A DNA stretch of 58,892 bases, filler included. It is 3 parts of 3 records of this genome, joined end to end, with 100 filler letters (N's around TTAATTAATTAA, not from the genome) between each part and the next. Parts side by side here need not be neighbours in the genome. Positions count along the whole stretch, not along the records: positions 1 to 19,831 come from SRR20825006_499; positions 19,932 to 27,313 come from SRR20825006_503; 1 more part is not named here. The stretch is one strand, 5' to 3'. Under the pieces are notes generated by a model. The model worked only from the letters and a program-made list of their open reading frames with translations, searched no databases and was not told the origin of the DNA. Within the stretch, counting starts at the first letter, position 1, and each line of letters begins with the position of its first letter. Positions 10,867-21,318 of the stretch are shown here, piece after piece. A program made the translations under genes and the position numbers.

Positions 10867-11538
10867 ATGAAAGCTGTAATTTTTGATATGGATGGACTGT
10901 TAATTGACAGCGAGCCGATGTGGAAATCTGCGGAAAGACATGTGTTTTCCTCATTAGGAGTCGAAGTCAGTGACAAGCTTTCCTCTTTAACGGCTGCAAT
11001 GACCACTCGTGAGGTAACAGAGTTCTGGTTTCATCATTTTCCCTGGCAAAACCGTGACCTAAAACTGGTGGAACAAGATGTCATCGAAATGGTAGGGTCA
11101 CTCATCAAGGAGCATGGTGTTGCCAAAAAAGGGGTTTTGCAGACTCTGGAATTATTTCAGCAACATCATTGCAAGATCGGCCTTGCCACTAATGCCCCTC
11201 AAGCTCTAATCCCATTAGTGCTTGGAAAACTGGGGATAACTGATTATTTCGATTGCATCGTCTCATCATCTCAGGTGGAAAATGGTAAACCTCACCCTGA
11301 TGTTTACCTGGCAGCACTAGACGAACTTAATACCCCTGCTTCTGAGGCGCTTGCCTTTGAAGATTCTGTTTCAGGTCTTCAAGCTTCGACCGCCGCTATG
11401 ATAAGAACAATTGTGGTTCCAAGTACTGAACCGTTCGAGAGTGAAGCATTTCACAAAGCGGAGTATACACTGGCAAACTTGGAGGAATTCAATACCGAGC
11501 TTCTCTCTGAGTTATGCCCTCCCAAGCTAATGAGGTAA
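10867..11538 (+). CDS. HAD-superfamily phosphatase (HxpB/YniC-like)
   Basis: FDMDGLLIDSEP, ATN, GKPHPDVY and FEDS motifs. Confidence 0.88.
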   Translation: MKAVIFDMDGLLIDSEPMWKSAERHVFSSLGVEVSDKLSSLTAAMTTREVTEFWFHHFPWQNRDLKLVEQDVIEMVGSLIKEHGVAKKGVLQTLELFQQHHCKIGLATNAPQALIPLVLGKLGITDYFDCIVSSSQVENGKPHPDVYLAALDELNTPASEALAFEDSVSGLQASTAAMIRTIVVPSTEPFESEAFHKAEYTLANLEEFNTELLSELCPPKLMR

Positions 11539-11546
11539 GGGTGAGT

Positions 11547-12473
11547 TTATTTAAATCTGACTTGAGCCTGCATCCATTTATTCAGGTCAGTTTCTCCCAG
11601 CGCATTCATCAAAAACAGTAACAGTCGGTAACTCAGTCTGATCTGACTGAGTTCGGGCATTGGCAGAAACTGTTGGTAGGTTTCGGTAAACAGTGCTGCC
11701 TCCCTGCTATTGAGCTGGTACTCCAGTAATACCAGTTCCAGTTCTTTCGGCCCCGCCACAAAGGCATCGATATCAACCAGCGCCTTGATCCGATCAGCCT
11801 CGAAAAGATACTGGTCCCAACGGTTATCGAGCATGATAGGTGTAAAAGTTGCCTGTTTAAGCTGTTTAAGCTGTGTCAGAGCCTGGCTGAGCCAGTCTTG
11901 ATTGATATTACTGACTTTGGCCTGGTCCGACAGCGTTTGTTGCAGAGCTTGAGGCCAGCGCTTCGCTTCCCGCTGTGGTTGGCTGAGATCACCCCAATAG
12001 GGGTATTCAAGCTGATGTAATTGAGCAATATGTGTGGCAAACTGCGCAATCATTATCTCGTTGAGGTGGGATGCCTCCAGCATGTTCCCATCAACAAAGC
12101 GGTTCAGTATATAGGCTGGAAAGATCTCTGAGGCCCCAGACCAACTGACTAGTTCAGGTAAGGGAATGCTGCCATGCTGTTCGATCGTGCTCTGAATGGC
12201 ACCAATGTTGGTCAGATCCCTCGGAAGATAACGGCCGAATAAGTTTTCTATGATTTGCCAGCAGCCGGATTTTTCAAGCATGGGCTGCTGGCAGATTTTC
12301 AGCATCATTGGCCCGTCACTGGTATTACAGCGCCAGAGTTGATGGGTACTGTCTTCAAACATAGCTGGCAGGCGCTCGGCTTCATGTAATGCCGGCAACG
12401 CTGATCGGGATGAAAACAGTTGAATCGGATGGGCAGCTTCCCTGCTGCCGGGACTGAGCTTATCTTCTACCAA
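11547..12473 (-). CDS. APH/choline-kinase-fold phosphotransferase, divergent
   Basis: MLKI lysine, IAQLHQ, a degenerate Brenner motif (IMLDNRWDQYL) and LVDID. Confidence 0.6.
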   Translation of the reverse strand: MVEDKLSPGSREAAHPIQLFSSRSALPALHEAERLPAMFEDSTHQLWRCNTSDGPMMLKICQQPMLEKSGCWQIIENLFGRYLPRDLTNIGAIQSTIEQHGSIPLPELVSWSGASEIFPAYILNRFVDGNMLEASHLNEIMIAQFATHIAQLHQLEYPYWGDLSQPQREAKRWPQALQQTLSDQAKVSNINQDWLSQALTQLKQLKQATFTPIMLDNRWDQYLFEADRIKALVDIDAFVAGPKELELVLLEYQLNSREAALFTETYQQFLPMPELSQIRLSYRLLLFLMNALGETDLNKWMQAQVRFK

Positions 12474-13141
12474 GGCAGTCTTTCGCCATTGGTGTGCCAG
12501 AAACCACCGCTGGTATCGAGATTGAGTTCTTCCATACGTTTTATCAGGCCCGATGCGGATTCATCCGGATCAATCAGACCGCCATGACCAGTCATATCGG
12601 TACGTACCCAGCCCGGATGCAGAATAGCGACAGCGATACCCCGTGGTTTGAGGTCAATGGACAGGGATTTACCGGCCGCATTCACAGCGGCTTTTGACAT
12701 CCGGTAGGCATAGCTACCGCCGGAATCATTATCATCAATCGAGCCCATGCGGCTGGTGATAATGCCGACCTTGCTGCCTTCATGCAGATTGGGAAGCAAT
12801 GCCTGAGTCACCAGCAAGGGGCCGAGACTGTTGACACGATACATTCTGATAAAACTATCGACCGCGCCGTCATCAATATCCCCAAGGCCGATACCGCCGG
12901 CAATACCGGCATTATTGATTAACCAGTCGATATTCCGGCCTTTAAGTTTGTCGGCCAGTTTGGCAAGGCTTGCCGGTGCACTGACCTCAACATCTTCAAT
13001 GATCTCCACATTGAGGTCTTTGAGTTCTTTCGAGGCGTGACGGCAAGTGGCGATAACATGCATGCCTTTGGCTGAGAGTTGCCGGCATAACTCCAGGCCT
13101 ATCCCACGATTGGTACCGGTAATGAGCACTGTTTCAGTCAT
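12467..13141 (-). CDS. Short-chain dehydrogenase (CsgA/C-factor-like SDR)
   Basis: ITGTNRGIG, INNAG, SRMGSI, YRMSKAA and HPGWVRTDM motifs. Confidence 0.9.
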   Translation of the reverse strand: MTETVLITGTNRGIGLELCRQLSAKGMHVIATCRHASKELKDLNVEIIEDVEVSAPASLAKLADKLKGRNIDWLINNAGIAGGIGLGDIDDGAVDSFIRMYRVNSLGPLLVTQALLPNLHEGSKVGIITSRMGSIDDNDSGGSYAYRMSKAAVNAAGKSLSIDLKPRGIAVAILHPGWVRTDMTGHGGLIDPDESASGLIKRMEELNLDTSGGFWHTNGERLPW

Positions 13142-14193
13142 GATTTCTCCTCTCTGAGCGTTAACATTTTCTCGGTTGATGGCGACAGGATAACACCCGC
13201 CTCTGTGACGATGGCATCGATCAAATCAGCGGGTGTCACGTCAAACGCCGGGTTTATGGCACTGACATTGGCAGGTGCAATGGGTTCGCGATTAATATGT
13301 GAGACTTCTTCACTACTGCGTTGTTCAATCGGAATGCCACTGCCATCTGGCATGTCCCAGTCAATCGTCGAAGTTGGTGCCACCACCATCATTTTGACGT
13401 TGTGGTAGCGGGCCAGCACAGCCAGAGAATAAGTGCCAATCTTATTGGCAGTATCACCATTGGCTGCGATTCGGTCAGCACCGACAATCACCCAGTCCAG
13501 TCTCCCCGAAGCCATTAACAATGCTGCCGCAGAATCTGCCTGCAAAGTCATCGGAATATTGTCCTGCATCAGCTCCCAGGCGGTCAGGCGGCTTCCCTGC
13601 AACCAGGGCCGGGTTTCATTTACATACACATGCTGGATTTTACCGTCAGCGTACCCCTGCCGAATCACCCCAAGCGCAGTGCCAAAGCCAGCAGTAGCCA
13701 GCGCTCCGGCATTACAGTGTGTCAGCACGGTGCTACTGGCTTCCAACAGGCTGGCACCATATTCGCCCATGCGATGGTTGGCTGCGACGTCCTGCTTGTG
13801 CATTTTGATGGCTTCTGCAAGCAATGCCGTCTCGGGTGACTCGCCATCCGACAGTTCCTGATAAAACTCACGCATATGTTCAATTGCCCAGCGCAGGTTG
13901 ACTGCGGTAGGCCTGGCATTTTCCAGCCTGGCAAGCGGTGCTGTCATGGCCTGCTTCCAGGTGACACCGGCGGTATGCCAGGCCTGACGGCCAGCCAGTG
14001 CCACCCCGTAAGCAGCAGCGACACCGATAGCCGGTGCCCCTCTTACGACCATCATTGTTATCGCTTCCGCGACCTGGTCAGGATGGTCATAATCCAGCCA
14101 CTCCTGTCTGTGGGGTAATTGCCGTTGGTCCAGCAGAAACAGGCTTTCATCCCGCCATTGAATCGGGGCAATTGTACTTACTGTGGTGCTCAA
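13138..14193 (-). CDS. mtnA: Methylthioribose-1-phosphate isomerase
   Basis: LLDQRQLP, VRGAPAIG, RPTAVNL, THCNAGALAT, ETRPWLQG, GADRI, NKIGTY and NPAFDVTP motifs; TTG start. Confidence 0.95.
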   Translation of the reverse strand: MSTTVSTIAPIQWRDESLFLLDQRQLPHRQEWLDYDHPDQVAEAITMMVVRGAPAIGVAAAYGVALAGRQAWHTAGVTWKQAMTAPLARLENARPTAVNLRWAIEHMREFYQELSDGESPETALLAEAIKMHKQDVAANHRMGEYGASLLEASSTVLTHCNAGALATAGFGTALGVIRQGYADGKIQHVYVNETRPWLQGSRLTAWELMQDNIPMTLQADSAAALLMASGRLDWVIVGADRIAANGDTANKIGTYSLAVLARYHNVKMMVVAPTSTIDWDMPDGSGIPIEQRSSEEVSHINREPIAPANVSAINPAFDVTPADLIDAIVTEAGVILSPSTEKMLTLREEKS

Positions 14194-14297
14194 AAATTAA
14201 CTCCTTATCACTGTCAGGCGACCGCTAGCGCCGCACTCAACACGAAATAGGCCCATAAGGTAGGTTTTTCCCTTATGTCGACGGTATAATCGGCTGC

Positions 14298-15617
14298 ATG
14301 CAAACTGTCGATTTGATTATCAATGCCCGCTGGCTGGTGCCGGTCAATGCCTCTCAGCAAGTGCTGGAAAACCAGGCCATTATCATCAAGGATGGTCGTA
14401 TTGTAGCGCTTCTCTCCGTTGATGAAGCAAAACAGCAATATACTGCCGCCACAGTCCATGACATGGATCAGCATTGCCTGATTCCCGGTCTCATCAATAA
14501 TCACGCCCATAGTGCGATGAGCCTGTTCCGGGGACTGGCCGATGATCTGCCGCTGATGACCTGGCTCAATGACCACATCTGGCCGGCGGAAGGCCGGTTC
14601 GTCGGTGACAGCTTTGTTGAGGCGGGAACTGCTCTGGCTGTGGCTGAAATGCTGCGCGGTGGCACGACCTGTGTCAATGATATGTATTTCTTCCCCGAAG
14701 CCACCGCCCGCGTTATTGATAAAAGTGGCATGCGCGCGAGCCTGGGCATGATTGTGATTGAATTCCCGACCAACTGGGCAGCCAATGTCGATGAATACCT
14801 GCATAAAGGCCAGCAATTGCATGATCATTACCGGCATCACCCACGAATCAGCACCAGCTATGCACCGCATGCGCCTTATACGGTAACCGATAAAACCTTC
14901 GAATCGATCCTGATTAATGCAGAAGAAATGGATCTGCCCATCCACATGCATATTCATGAAACGGCAGCGGAAGTGTCTGCCAGTGTCGAAGAGTTGGGTA
15001 TGCGGCCATTGGAACGCCTGCGTGACATCGGCTTACTGTCACCCCGATTGATTGCCGTACATATGACACAGCTGAATGACCAGGAAATCGACTGGTGCAA
15101 CGAAGCGGGTGTTCACATCGCTCACTGCCCCGAATCTAACCTGAAACTTGCCAGCGGCTTCTGCCCGGTGACCGAACTTGATCGGCGCGGCGTTAATATT
15201 TCCATCGGTACCGATGGGGCTGCTTCCAATAACGATCTGGATATGTTCGGAGAGATGCGCCAGGCAGCACTGCTGGCCAAGGCCGTAGCCAAAGATCCCA
15301 GTAGCATTCCGGCTTATAAGGCACTGGAAATGGCCACCATCAATGCCGCGAAGTCGCTGGCAATGGATAACAGAATCGGCTCGATTGAAGTCGGTAAATT
15401 TGCTGATCTTGTCGCAGTGGACCTGGTCTCAGTCGAAACCCAACCCTTTTACGATGTGGTCTCACAACTGGTTTATGCCACCGGCCGTGATAAAGTGACA
15501 GATGTCTGGGTTGCCGGCAAACAATTGTTGAAAGGCCGTCAGTTAACCACGCTGGACGAAAGCAAAATCATTAGTGATGCCCGTCAGTGGGCCGACACAA
15601 TAAAACAGGCTGATTAA
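14298..15617 (+). CDS. mtaD: TRZ/ATZ amidohydrolase, probable MTA/SAH deaminase
   Basis: [23 protein letters not shown] and GTDGAASNN motifs; conserved mtnA-mtaD-ubiG-gph arrangement. Confidence 0.85.
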   Translation: MQTVDLIINARWLVPVNASQQVLENQAIIIKDGRIVALLSVDEAKQQYTAATVHDMDQHCLIPGLINNHAHSAMSLFRGLADDLPLMTWLNDHIWPAEGRFVGDSFVEAGTALAVAEMLRGGTTCVNDMYFFPEATARVIDKSGMRASLGMIVIEFPTNWAANVDEYLHKGQQLHDHYRHHPRISTSYAPHAPYTVTDKTFESILINAEEMDLPIHMHIHETAAEVSASVEELGMRPLERLRDIGLLSPRLIAVHMTQLNDQEIDWCNEAGVHIAHCPESNLKLASGFCPVTELDRRGVNISIGTDGAASNNDLDMFGEMRQAALLAKAVAKDPSSIPAYKALEMATINAAKSLAMDNRIGSIEVGKFADLVAVDLVSVETQPFYDVVSQLVYATGRDKVTDVWVAGKQLLKGRQLTTLDESKIISDARQWADTIKQAD

Positions 15618-16324
15618 TGAGCGAACATCATCACAACGTCGATCCCAACGAAGTTGCCAAGTTTGAAGCCCTGGCCAGCAGTTGGTGGGATCTGGAAGGC
15701 CAATCCAAACCCTTGCATGAAATTAATCCGCTAAGGCTTGGCTATATCGCTGAGCGCTGCAGGCTGAAGGAGGCCAACGTCATTGATGTCGGCTGTGGTG
15801 GCGGTATTCTCTCCGAAGCACTGGCTAAAAGCGGTGCTAATGTGACTGGCATTGATATGGGTGATATGCCACTGGATATCGCCAAACTACATGCAATGGA
15901 AAGCGGCCTCCAGATTCATTATCAACAGTCCACAGCCGAGGCCATGGCGAGTGAGCATGCCGGTGAGTTTGATGCCGTCACGTGTCTGGAAATGTTGGAA
16001 CATGTCCCGGATCCGGCGGCAATCATCAAAGCCTGTGCTGACTTAGTTAAACCCGGCGGCGATGTCTTTTTTTCCACTCTGAATCGTCATCCCAAGGCTT
16101 ACCTGCTGGCCATTGTCGGCGCCGAATATGTGATGAACATGCTGCCCAGGGGAACGCATGATTACAGCCGTTTTATCCGACCGGCCGAACTGGCGGGTTG
16201 GTGCCGCCAGGCTGGCCTGCAAGTCAAGGACATCAGTGGTATGAGCTATAACCCATTCAACCGCGAATTCAGTCTGAGCAAGGACGTTAAAGTGAACTAT
16301 CTCGTTCACTGTCGTAAGATTTAA
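15617..16324 (+). CDS. ubiG: Ubiquinone biosynthesis O-methyltransferase
   Basis: [41 protein letters not shown] and LPRGTH motifs. Confidence 0.96.
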   Translation: MSEHHHNVDPNEVAKFEALASSWWDLEGQSKPLHEINPLRLGYIAERCRLKEANVIDVGCGGGILSEALAKSGANVTGIDMGDMPLDIAKLHAMESGLQIHYQQSTAEAMASEHAGEFDAVTCLEMLEHVPDPAAIIKACADLVKPGGDVFFSTLNRHPKAYLLAIVGAEYVMNMLPRGTHDYSRFIRPAELAGWCRQAGLQVKDISGMSYNPFNREFSLSKDVKVNYLVHCRKI

Positions 16325-16325
16325 T

Positions 16326-16979
16326 ATGTCGCAATTTGATGTTTTTTTCTTCGACCTGGATGGCACCCTCGTCGATACAGCCCCAGATCTGGCCTATGCT
16401 TTGAATCAAGTGATGGAGCAGGAAGGACGCGCTCCGCTGCCCTATGCATCGATTCGAGAAGTAGCAAGCCATGGCAGTGCCGGTTTGCTTGGACTGGGAT
16501 TTGGTATCACTACTGATAACCCGGAGTTTGCCTCGTTACAAAAACGATTCGTACAAATCTATCAGGACAATCTGACCCGTGAGTCCAGACTCTTTGAAGG
16601 TATGCAGAAAGTCATTGATAAGATTGATGAAACAGGCATAAAGTGGGGAGTGATTACTAACAAACCGCAGTTCCTGACCGAGCCGTTAATGACTGGCCTT
16701 AACCTGAAACAGCGCGCTGCATGTATTGTAAGCGGTGATACTACCGACCAAAGCAAGCCCCACCCAGCACCGATGCTGCATGCCTGTAAACTGGTCAATG
16801 TGCAACCAGCTCAATGTGTCTATATCGGTGACGCCGAACGTGATATCGTCGCCGGCCGAAATGCCGAGATGCATACTATTGCTGCCTGTTATGGTTATCT
16901 TAGTGATGACGATCGACCTGAAAACTGGCAGGCTGATGCGATGATCAATCAACCGGAAGAACTGCTGCAATGGCTTTAA
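16326..16979 (+). CDS. gph: HAD phosphatase (Gph/MupP family)
   Basis: FDLDGTLVDTAPD, TNKP, KPHPAP and YIGDAERD motifs; directly after ubiG. Confidence 0.8.
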   Translation: MSQFDVFFFDLDGTLVDTAPDLAYALNQVMEQEGRAPLPYASIREVASHGSAGLLGLGFGITTDNPEFASLQKRFVQIYQDNLTRESRLFEGMQKVIDKIDETGIKWGVITNKPQFLTEPLMTGLNLKQRAACIVSGDTTDQSKPHPAPMLHACKLVNVQPAQCVYIGDAERDIVAGRNAEMHTIAACYGYLSDDDRPENWQADAMINQPEELLQWL

Positions 16980-18241
16980 ACGCTACCCCCATGCTCATAG
17001 TGTTAATACTCACTGCGGCGCTAGCCGGTGCTTTAATTGCGTATCTCCTGCGAGAAAAAGTCATTCGCAGGCTGGAAAAAGAGAACACCGAGCTGTCACT
17101 CAACCTGGAGTTGGAGAAAAAACAGCAGAAACAGCTGGATGAGATTCTGCAACAGACACAGGCACAACTTGCTAACACCTTTAACCAGTTATCCAATGAA
17201 GCATTAAGCCGTAATAACAACAGCTTTCTGAAACTGGCGGAAGAAAACCTGAAACGATTTCAGAGTGAGGCCAAGGCCGATTTAAGTAGCAAGGAAAAAG
17301 CCATTGAGCAGCTGGTTAAGCCCATCAATGAAGCTTTGCAGCAAACGACCAAACAGATTCACGATATCGAGAAAGAACGTAAGGAAAGTTACGGTAGTCT
17401 GCGCACGACGATTGATCAGATGACCAAAAGTCAGCAACAGCTGCAGCTGGAAACTCAAAACCTGGTGCAGGCATTACGCCGCCCCGAAGTCCGTGGTCAA
17501 TGGGGTGAAATGACTTTGCGCCGTCTTGCCGAACTCAGTGGCATGGTGGCGCATTGTGACTTTTTTGAGCAAACGCATACTGCCACAGAAAACGGCAGTA
17601 TTCGTCCTGATATGATCGTCAAGCTGCCCGAGAAACGGGATATCATTGTCGATGCCAAAACACCGCTGGATGCTTATTTATCAGCTATCCAGGCCAAGGA
17701 TGACAGCGAACGACAGCGTGAACTCAAACGTCACGCTCAAATCATCCGCAGCCGGGTTCGTGAACTGGCTCGTAAAAATTATTGGTCGGAATACAGCAAT
17801 TCTCCTGAGTTTGTCGTGCTATTTATTCCGGGCGAACAATTTCTGTCCGCCGCGCTGGAAGTTGATCCGGCCCTGCTCGAAGATAGTATGAGCCAGAATA
17901 TTATCCTGGCCACCCCGACCAATTTCATTGCGCTGCTCCGTGCCGTTTCCTATGGCTGGAAACAACAAGCGCTGGCCGAGAATGCCGAGAATATTCGTGA
18001 GCTGGGCGAAACGCTGTATAAACGACTTTCTACATTCGGCAATCACCTGAGCAAACTAGGCAACAGTCTTGGTAGCACCGTCAATCATTTCAATAGTGCT
18101 GTGGGGTCACTGGAGCGTCAGGTATTGCCCGGTGCACGTAAGTTCACTGAAATGGGTATCAGCAGTAAAAGTGATATCACCGATTTACCGCCCGTTGAAC
18201 AGCAGCCTCGCCAGGTTCAACAAACCGGTGACGATGACTAA
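16970..18241 (+). CDS. rmuC: DNA recombination protein RmuC
   Basis: N-terminal TM helix, coiled coil, and RGQWGE, RPDMIV, VDAKTP, FVVLFIPGE and ATPT motifs. Confidence 0.93.
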   Translation: MALNATPMLIVLILTAALAGALIAYLLREKVIRRLEKENTELSLNLELEKKQQKQLDEILQQTQAQLANTFNQLSNEALSRNNNSFLKLAEENLKRFQSEAKADLSSKEKAIEQLVKPINEALQQTTKQIHDIEKERKESYGSLRTTIDQMTKSQQQLQLETQNLVQALRRPEVRGQWGEMTLRRLAELSGMVAHCDFFEQTHTATENGSIRPDMIVKLPEKRDIIVDAKTPLDAYLSAIQAKDDSERQRELKRHAQIIRSRVRELARKNYWSEYSNSPEFVVLFIPGEQFLSAALEVDPALLEDSMSQNIILATPTNFIALLRAVSYGWKQQALAENAENIRELGETLYKRLSTFGNHLSKLGNSLGSTVNHFNSAVGSLERQVLPGARKFTEMGISSKSDITDLPPVEQQPRQVQQTGDDD

Positions 18242-19136
18242 ACCGAGTCTGGAACAGGCATATGCTTATTGTCAGCAACTGGCCCGTTCTCATTATGAAA
18301 ACTTTCCAGTAGCCTCGTTTCTGTTGCCAAAAAGCCTGAGACGGCCCATCAGTGTTATCTACGCTTTTGCCAGAACCGCTGACGACTTTGCCGATGAAGG
18401 CCCCCTCAGACAGACTGAACGATTACATCGGCTCGACAGTTTCAGTAACGAGCTAGAACAAATAGACAAGTACCACTATCAGGGTAACGACCCGATCTTT
18501 ATCGCATTAGAAGATGTGATTAGCCGCCACAGGCTCCCGGTTAAGCTGTTTCACGATCTCTTAACCGCATTCAAACAGGATGTCATCAAGTCCCGTTACG
18601 CTGACTTTTCTGAGGTTCTGGATTACTGCCACTACTCAGCCGATCCGGTAGGCCGTTTATTGCTGCACCTTACTATTTCGCCAAGTGAACACCAACTTCA
18701 GCAATCAGATGCTGTCTGTACGTCATTACAGCTGATTAATTTCTATCAGGATATCGTTCAGGATTATCGGGAGCAGGACAGGATCTACATCCCACAGGAT
18801 GAACTGTCAGCAGCCGGCTTGAAAGAGCATGACCTTGTTGCCAAGAACTCCGAGTCGATTGCAGTTGTTATCCGCAGCTTGTATCGACGCACAGCAAGAC
18901 TCATGCAGCAGGGTTACCTGCTCGGTGCCAGTTTACGCGGCAGGATGGGATGGGAAGTCAGAGCAATGACTCTCGGCGGCATTACCACCCTCCACAGGCT
19001 TCTTCAGCAAACTGACGATAATCTGCTAAGCCGGCCGAGGCTGAGTAAAACACAAATGCTGATGATTCTGGGTCGTTCAGCCAGCCCCCAAGTCTATCGC
19101 AGGCACTGTGAGAGACTTATGAGCTCAATGTTCTGA
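18234..19136 (+). CDS. hpnC: Squalene/phytoene synthase family, HpnC-like
   Basis: HYENFPVAS, YAFARTADDFADEG, YCHYSADPVGR and LQLINFYQD motifs. ATG at 18234 overlaps the rmuC stop. Confidence 0.85.
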   Translation: MTKPSLEQAYAYCQQLARSHYENFPVASFLLPKSLRRPISVIYAFARTADDFADEGPLRQTERLHRLDSFSNELEQIDKYHYQGNDPIFIALEDVISRHRLPVKLFHDLLTAFKQDVIKSRYADFSEVLDYCHYSADPVGRLLLHLTISPSEHQLQQSDAVCTSLQLINFYQDIVQDYREQDRIYIPQDELSAAGLKEHDLVAKNSESIAVVIRSLYRRTARLMQQGYLLGASLRGRMGWEVRAMTLGGITTLHRLLQQTDDNLLSRPRLSKTQMLMILGRSASPQVYRRHCERLMSSMF

Positions 19137-19260
19137 ACGCCGTCCGGTAGTTTGTTACCTCTTTAGTAGCAGCTGTCGTACTCATTAAGATCAATTGTCT
19201 CAAACCAACATCCCTGAGAAAGTCACTGTTCCAATATTCTATTTATGTTAAGGAGCGGAT

Positions 19261-19644
19261 ATGAAAACAGTATCTTTCGGCAATATCGCCAAACCCAATG
19301 TTGACCCGATTACAACCGATCTTGATGGCTGGCTGCCAACCGAGGGGCAGCCCACCATGAAAACATGGCTGGAACATGTTCCTGAAGACGGTAAATTTCT
19401 GACGGGTTTCTGGGAAGCCACACCTGGCACTTATCAAGTAACCTACAACGCCGATGAGATGGTGCATATGTTTGAAGGCAAAGCGACACTGACTGACGCC
19501 GATGGCAAGTCAGTCACCTACCAGGGCGGTGACAGTTTTTTAGTAGAGGCTGGCTTTAAAGGCACCTGGAAGACAGAAGAGACGGTTCGTAAGATCTTTG
19601 CTATTCGGATGCCTGAGGGTGTTTCTGCACCGTTTTCGGTTTAG
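19261..19644 (+). CDS. Cupin (EutQ/DUF861-like)
   Basis: GFWEATPG, EMVHMFEG and GDSFLVEAGFKGTW motifs. Confidence 0.85.
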   Translation: MKTVSFGNIAKPNVDPITTDLDGWLPTEGQPTMKTWLEHVPEDGKFLTGFWEATPGTYQVTYNADEMVHMFEGKATLTDADGKSVTYQGGDSFLVEAGFKGTWKTEETVRKIFAIRMPEGVSAPFSV

Positions 19645-19719
19645 AGTTCAAGCAATCAAACAAAAAAGGCCACCTTCAATGAGGATGAGTTGAGTTTGGT
19701 GCTTGTTTGACCTACTTTG

Positions 19720-19831
19720 ACTGAGCCCATCCAGGGGCTCAGCCCTCCGGGCGCCTATCAGCGTCCATTATCGCTCCCGGCGATTTTGTTATGTCCACGG
19801 GTGGACGGTATGCCGCCAATGCAGGAGCAAT
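19720..19831. repeat. Palindrome-rich extragenic repeat at the contig end
   Basis: Three short palindromes (CTGAGCCC..GGGCTCAG, ATCGC..GCGAT, GTCCAC-GG-GTGGAC) run into the assembly break. Confidence 0.5.
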
Positions 19832-19931
19832 NNNNNNNNNNNNNNNNNNNNNNNNNNNNNNNNNNNNNNNNNNNNTTAATTAATTAANNNNNNNNNNNNN
19901 NNNNNNNNNNNNNNNNNNNNNNNNNNNNNNN
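19832..19931. other. Artificial contig linker
   Basis: 44 N + TTAATTAATTAA (stops in all six frames) + 44 N. Confidence 0.99.
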
Positions 19932-21124
19932 TCGTACAGATCCTTGTCCATGGCATCGCCAGGGTGCATCTTGTTCTTGATGCCGTCCAGGCCAGCCATC
20001 AGCAGGGAAGCGAAGCACAGGTACGGGTTCGCAGACGGATCAGGGAAGCGCGCTTCCACACGACGGGCCTTGGCGCTGTTCACAAACGGAATGCGGATGG
20101 ACGCAGAGCGGTTGCGAGCAGAGTAGGCCAGCATTACCGGCGCTTCAAAACCGGGCACCAGACGCTTGTAGGCGTTGGTGGAAGCATTGGTGAATGCGTT
20201 CAGGGCGCGGGCGTGCTTGATGATACCGCCGATGAAATACAGCGCTTCGTCAGACAGGCCTGCATAGCCGTCACCGGCAAACAGGTTTTTGCCGTCTTTG
20301 CCCAGGGATACGTGCACGTGCATACCGGAGCCGTTATCACCGATCAGCGGCTTGGGCATGAAGGTAGCGGTTTTACCGTAAGCATGTGCCACGTTGTGTA
20401 CGCAGTACTTGAGGATCTGTACTTCGTCCGCCTTGGCGGTCAGGGTGTTGGCGCCAACGCCGATTTCGCACTGGCCCGCGGTGCCCACTTCGTGGTGATG
20501 CACTTCGATTTTCAGCCCCATGGACTCCATGGCAGAACACATGGCGCCACGCAGATCGTGCAGGCTGTCTACCGGCGGAACCGGGAAGTAACCCCCTTTC
20601 ACGCCCGGACGGTGACCGATGTTGCCGCCTTCGAAGTCTTCGTGGGACACCCACGCCGCTTCTTCAGAGTGGATGTTGTACATGGAACCCTGCATGTCGG
20701 ATTTCCACTGCACGGAATCAAATACGAAAAACTCAGGCTCCGGACCGAACAGGGCGGTATCCGCGATGCCGGTCGACTTCAGGTATTCCTCGGCACGACG
20801 GGCAACGGAACGCGGGTCGCGCTCGTAACCTTGCATGGTGGTCGGCTCAAGAATGTCGCAGCGCAGGTTCAGGGTAGCCACGTCGGTGAACGGGTCCATT
20901 ACGGCGGACTCGTCATCCGGCATCATTACCATGTCGGATTCGTTGATGCCCTTCCAACCAGCGATGGAGGAGCCATCAAACATTTTGCCGTCCTGGAAGA
21001 AATCTTCATCGATTTCGCCAACCGGAAGGGTGACGTGCTGCTCCTTGCCAGAGCTATCGGTGAAGCGCAGGTCCACCCATTTCACATCGTTTTCTTTGAT
21101 CAGTTTGAGGGTCTTAACAGACAT
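19932..21124 (-). CDS. glnA: Glutamine synthetase type I (3' end truncated by the gap)
   Basis: [48 protein letters not shown] and RNRSASIR motifs. ATG at 21124 has an SD. Confidence 0.98.
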
Positions 21125-21242
21125 TATCGTGCGTCCTCCTAAGGAACAGCGGGTTTGTCTCTGACTCGTCGTGCCACTCTGGGTAAGCGCAACACAAAGA
21201 GCCGGTATTCTCGGCCACTGGGCCAGCTTTGCCAATAGGGAG

Positions 21243-21257
21243 GCAAATACCGTGCCA
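21243..21257 (-). promoter_or_regulatory. Sigma54 (-24/-12) promoter of glnA
   Basis: Minus strand reads TGGCACGGTATTTGC, i.e. GG-N10-GC. Confidence 0.9.
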
Positions 21258-21318
21258 GCCCTTTTTTAGCGCATTCCCCGCCTAAATCGCAGAAACCAGG
21301 GAAGATGATTCATTTTGG

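Noticed and set aside
19876-19887. TTAATTAATTAA palindrome (also at 27358-27369) as a biological motif
   Set aside because: It is flanked by exactly 44 N on each side and is a synthetic six-frame-stop spacer.
19261-21124. Functional linkage between the cupin/hpnC region and glnA, or between typA and trmY
   Set aside because: The genes are on different contigs separated by artificial linkers.
19964-21142. 392-aa plus-strand ORF, and similar long antisense ORFs (37-654, 14214-14957, 23904-24908, 48960-50054, 50149-51138, 56797-57630)
   Set aside because: These are shadow ORFs opposite well-supported genes and have no recognisable motifs.
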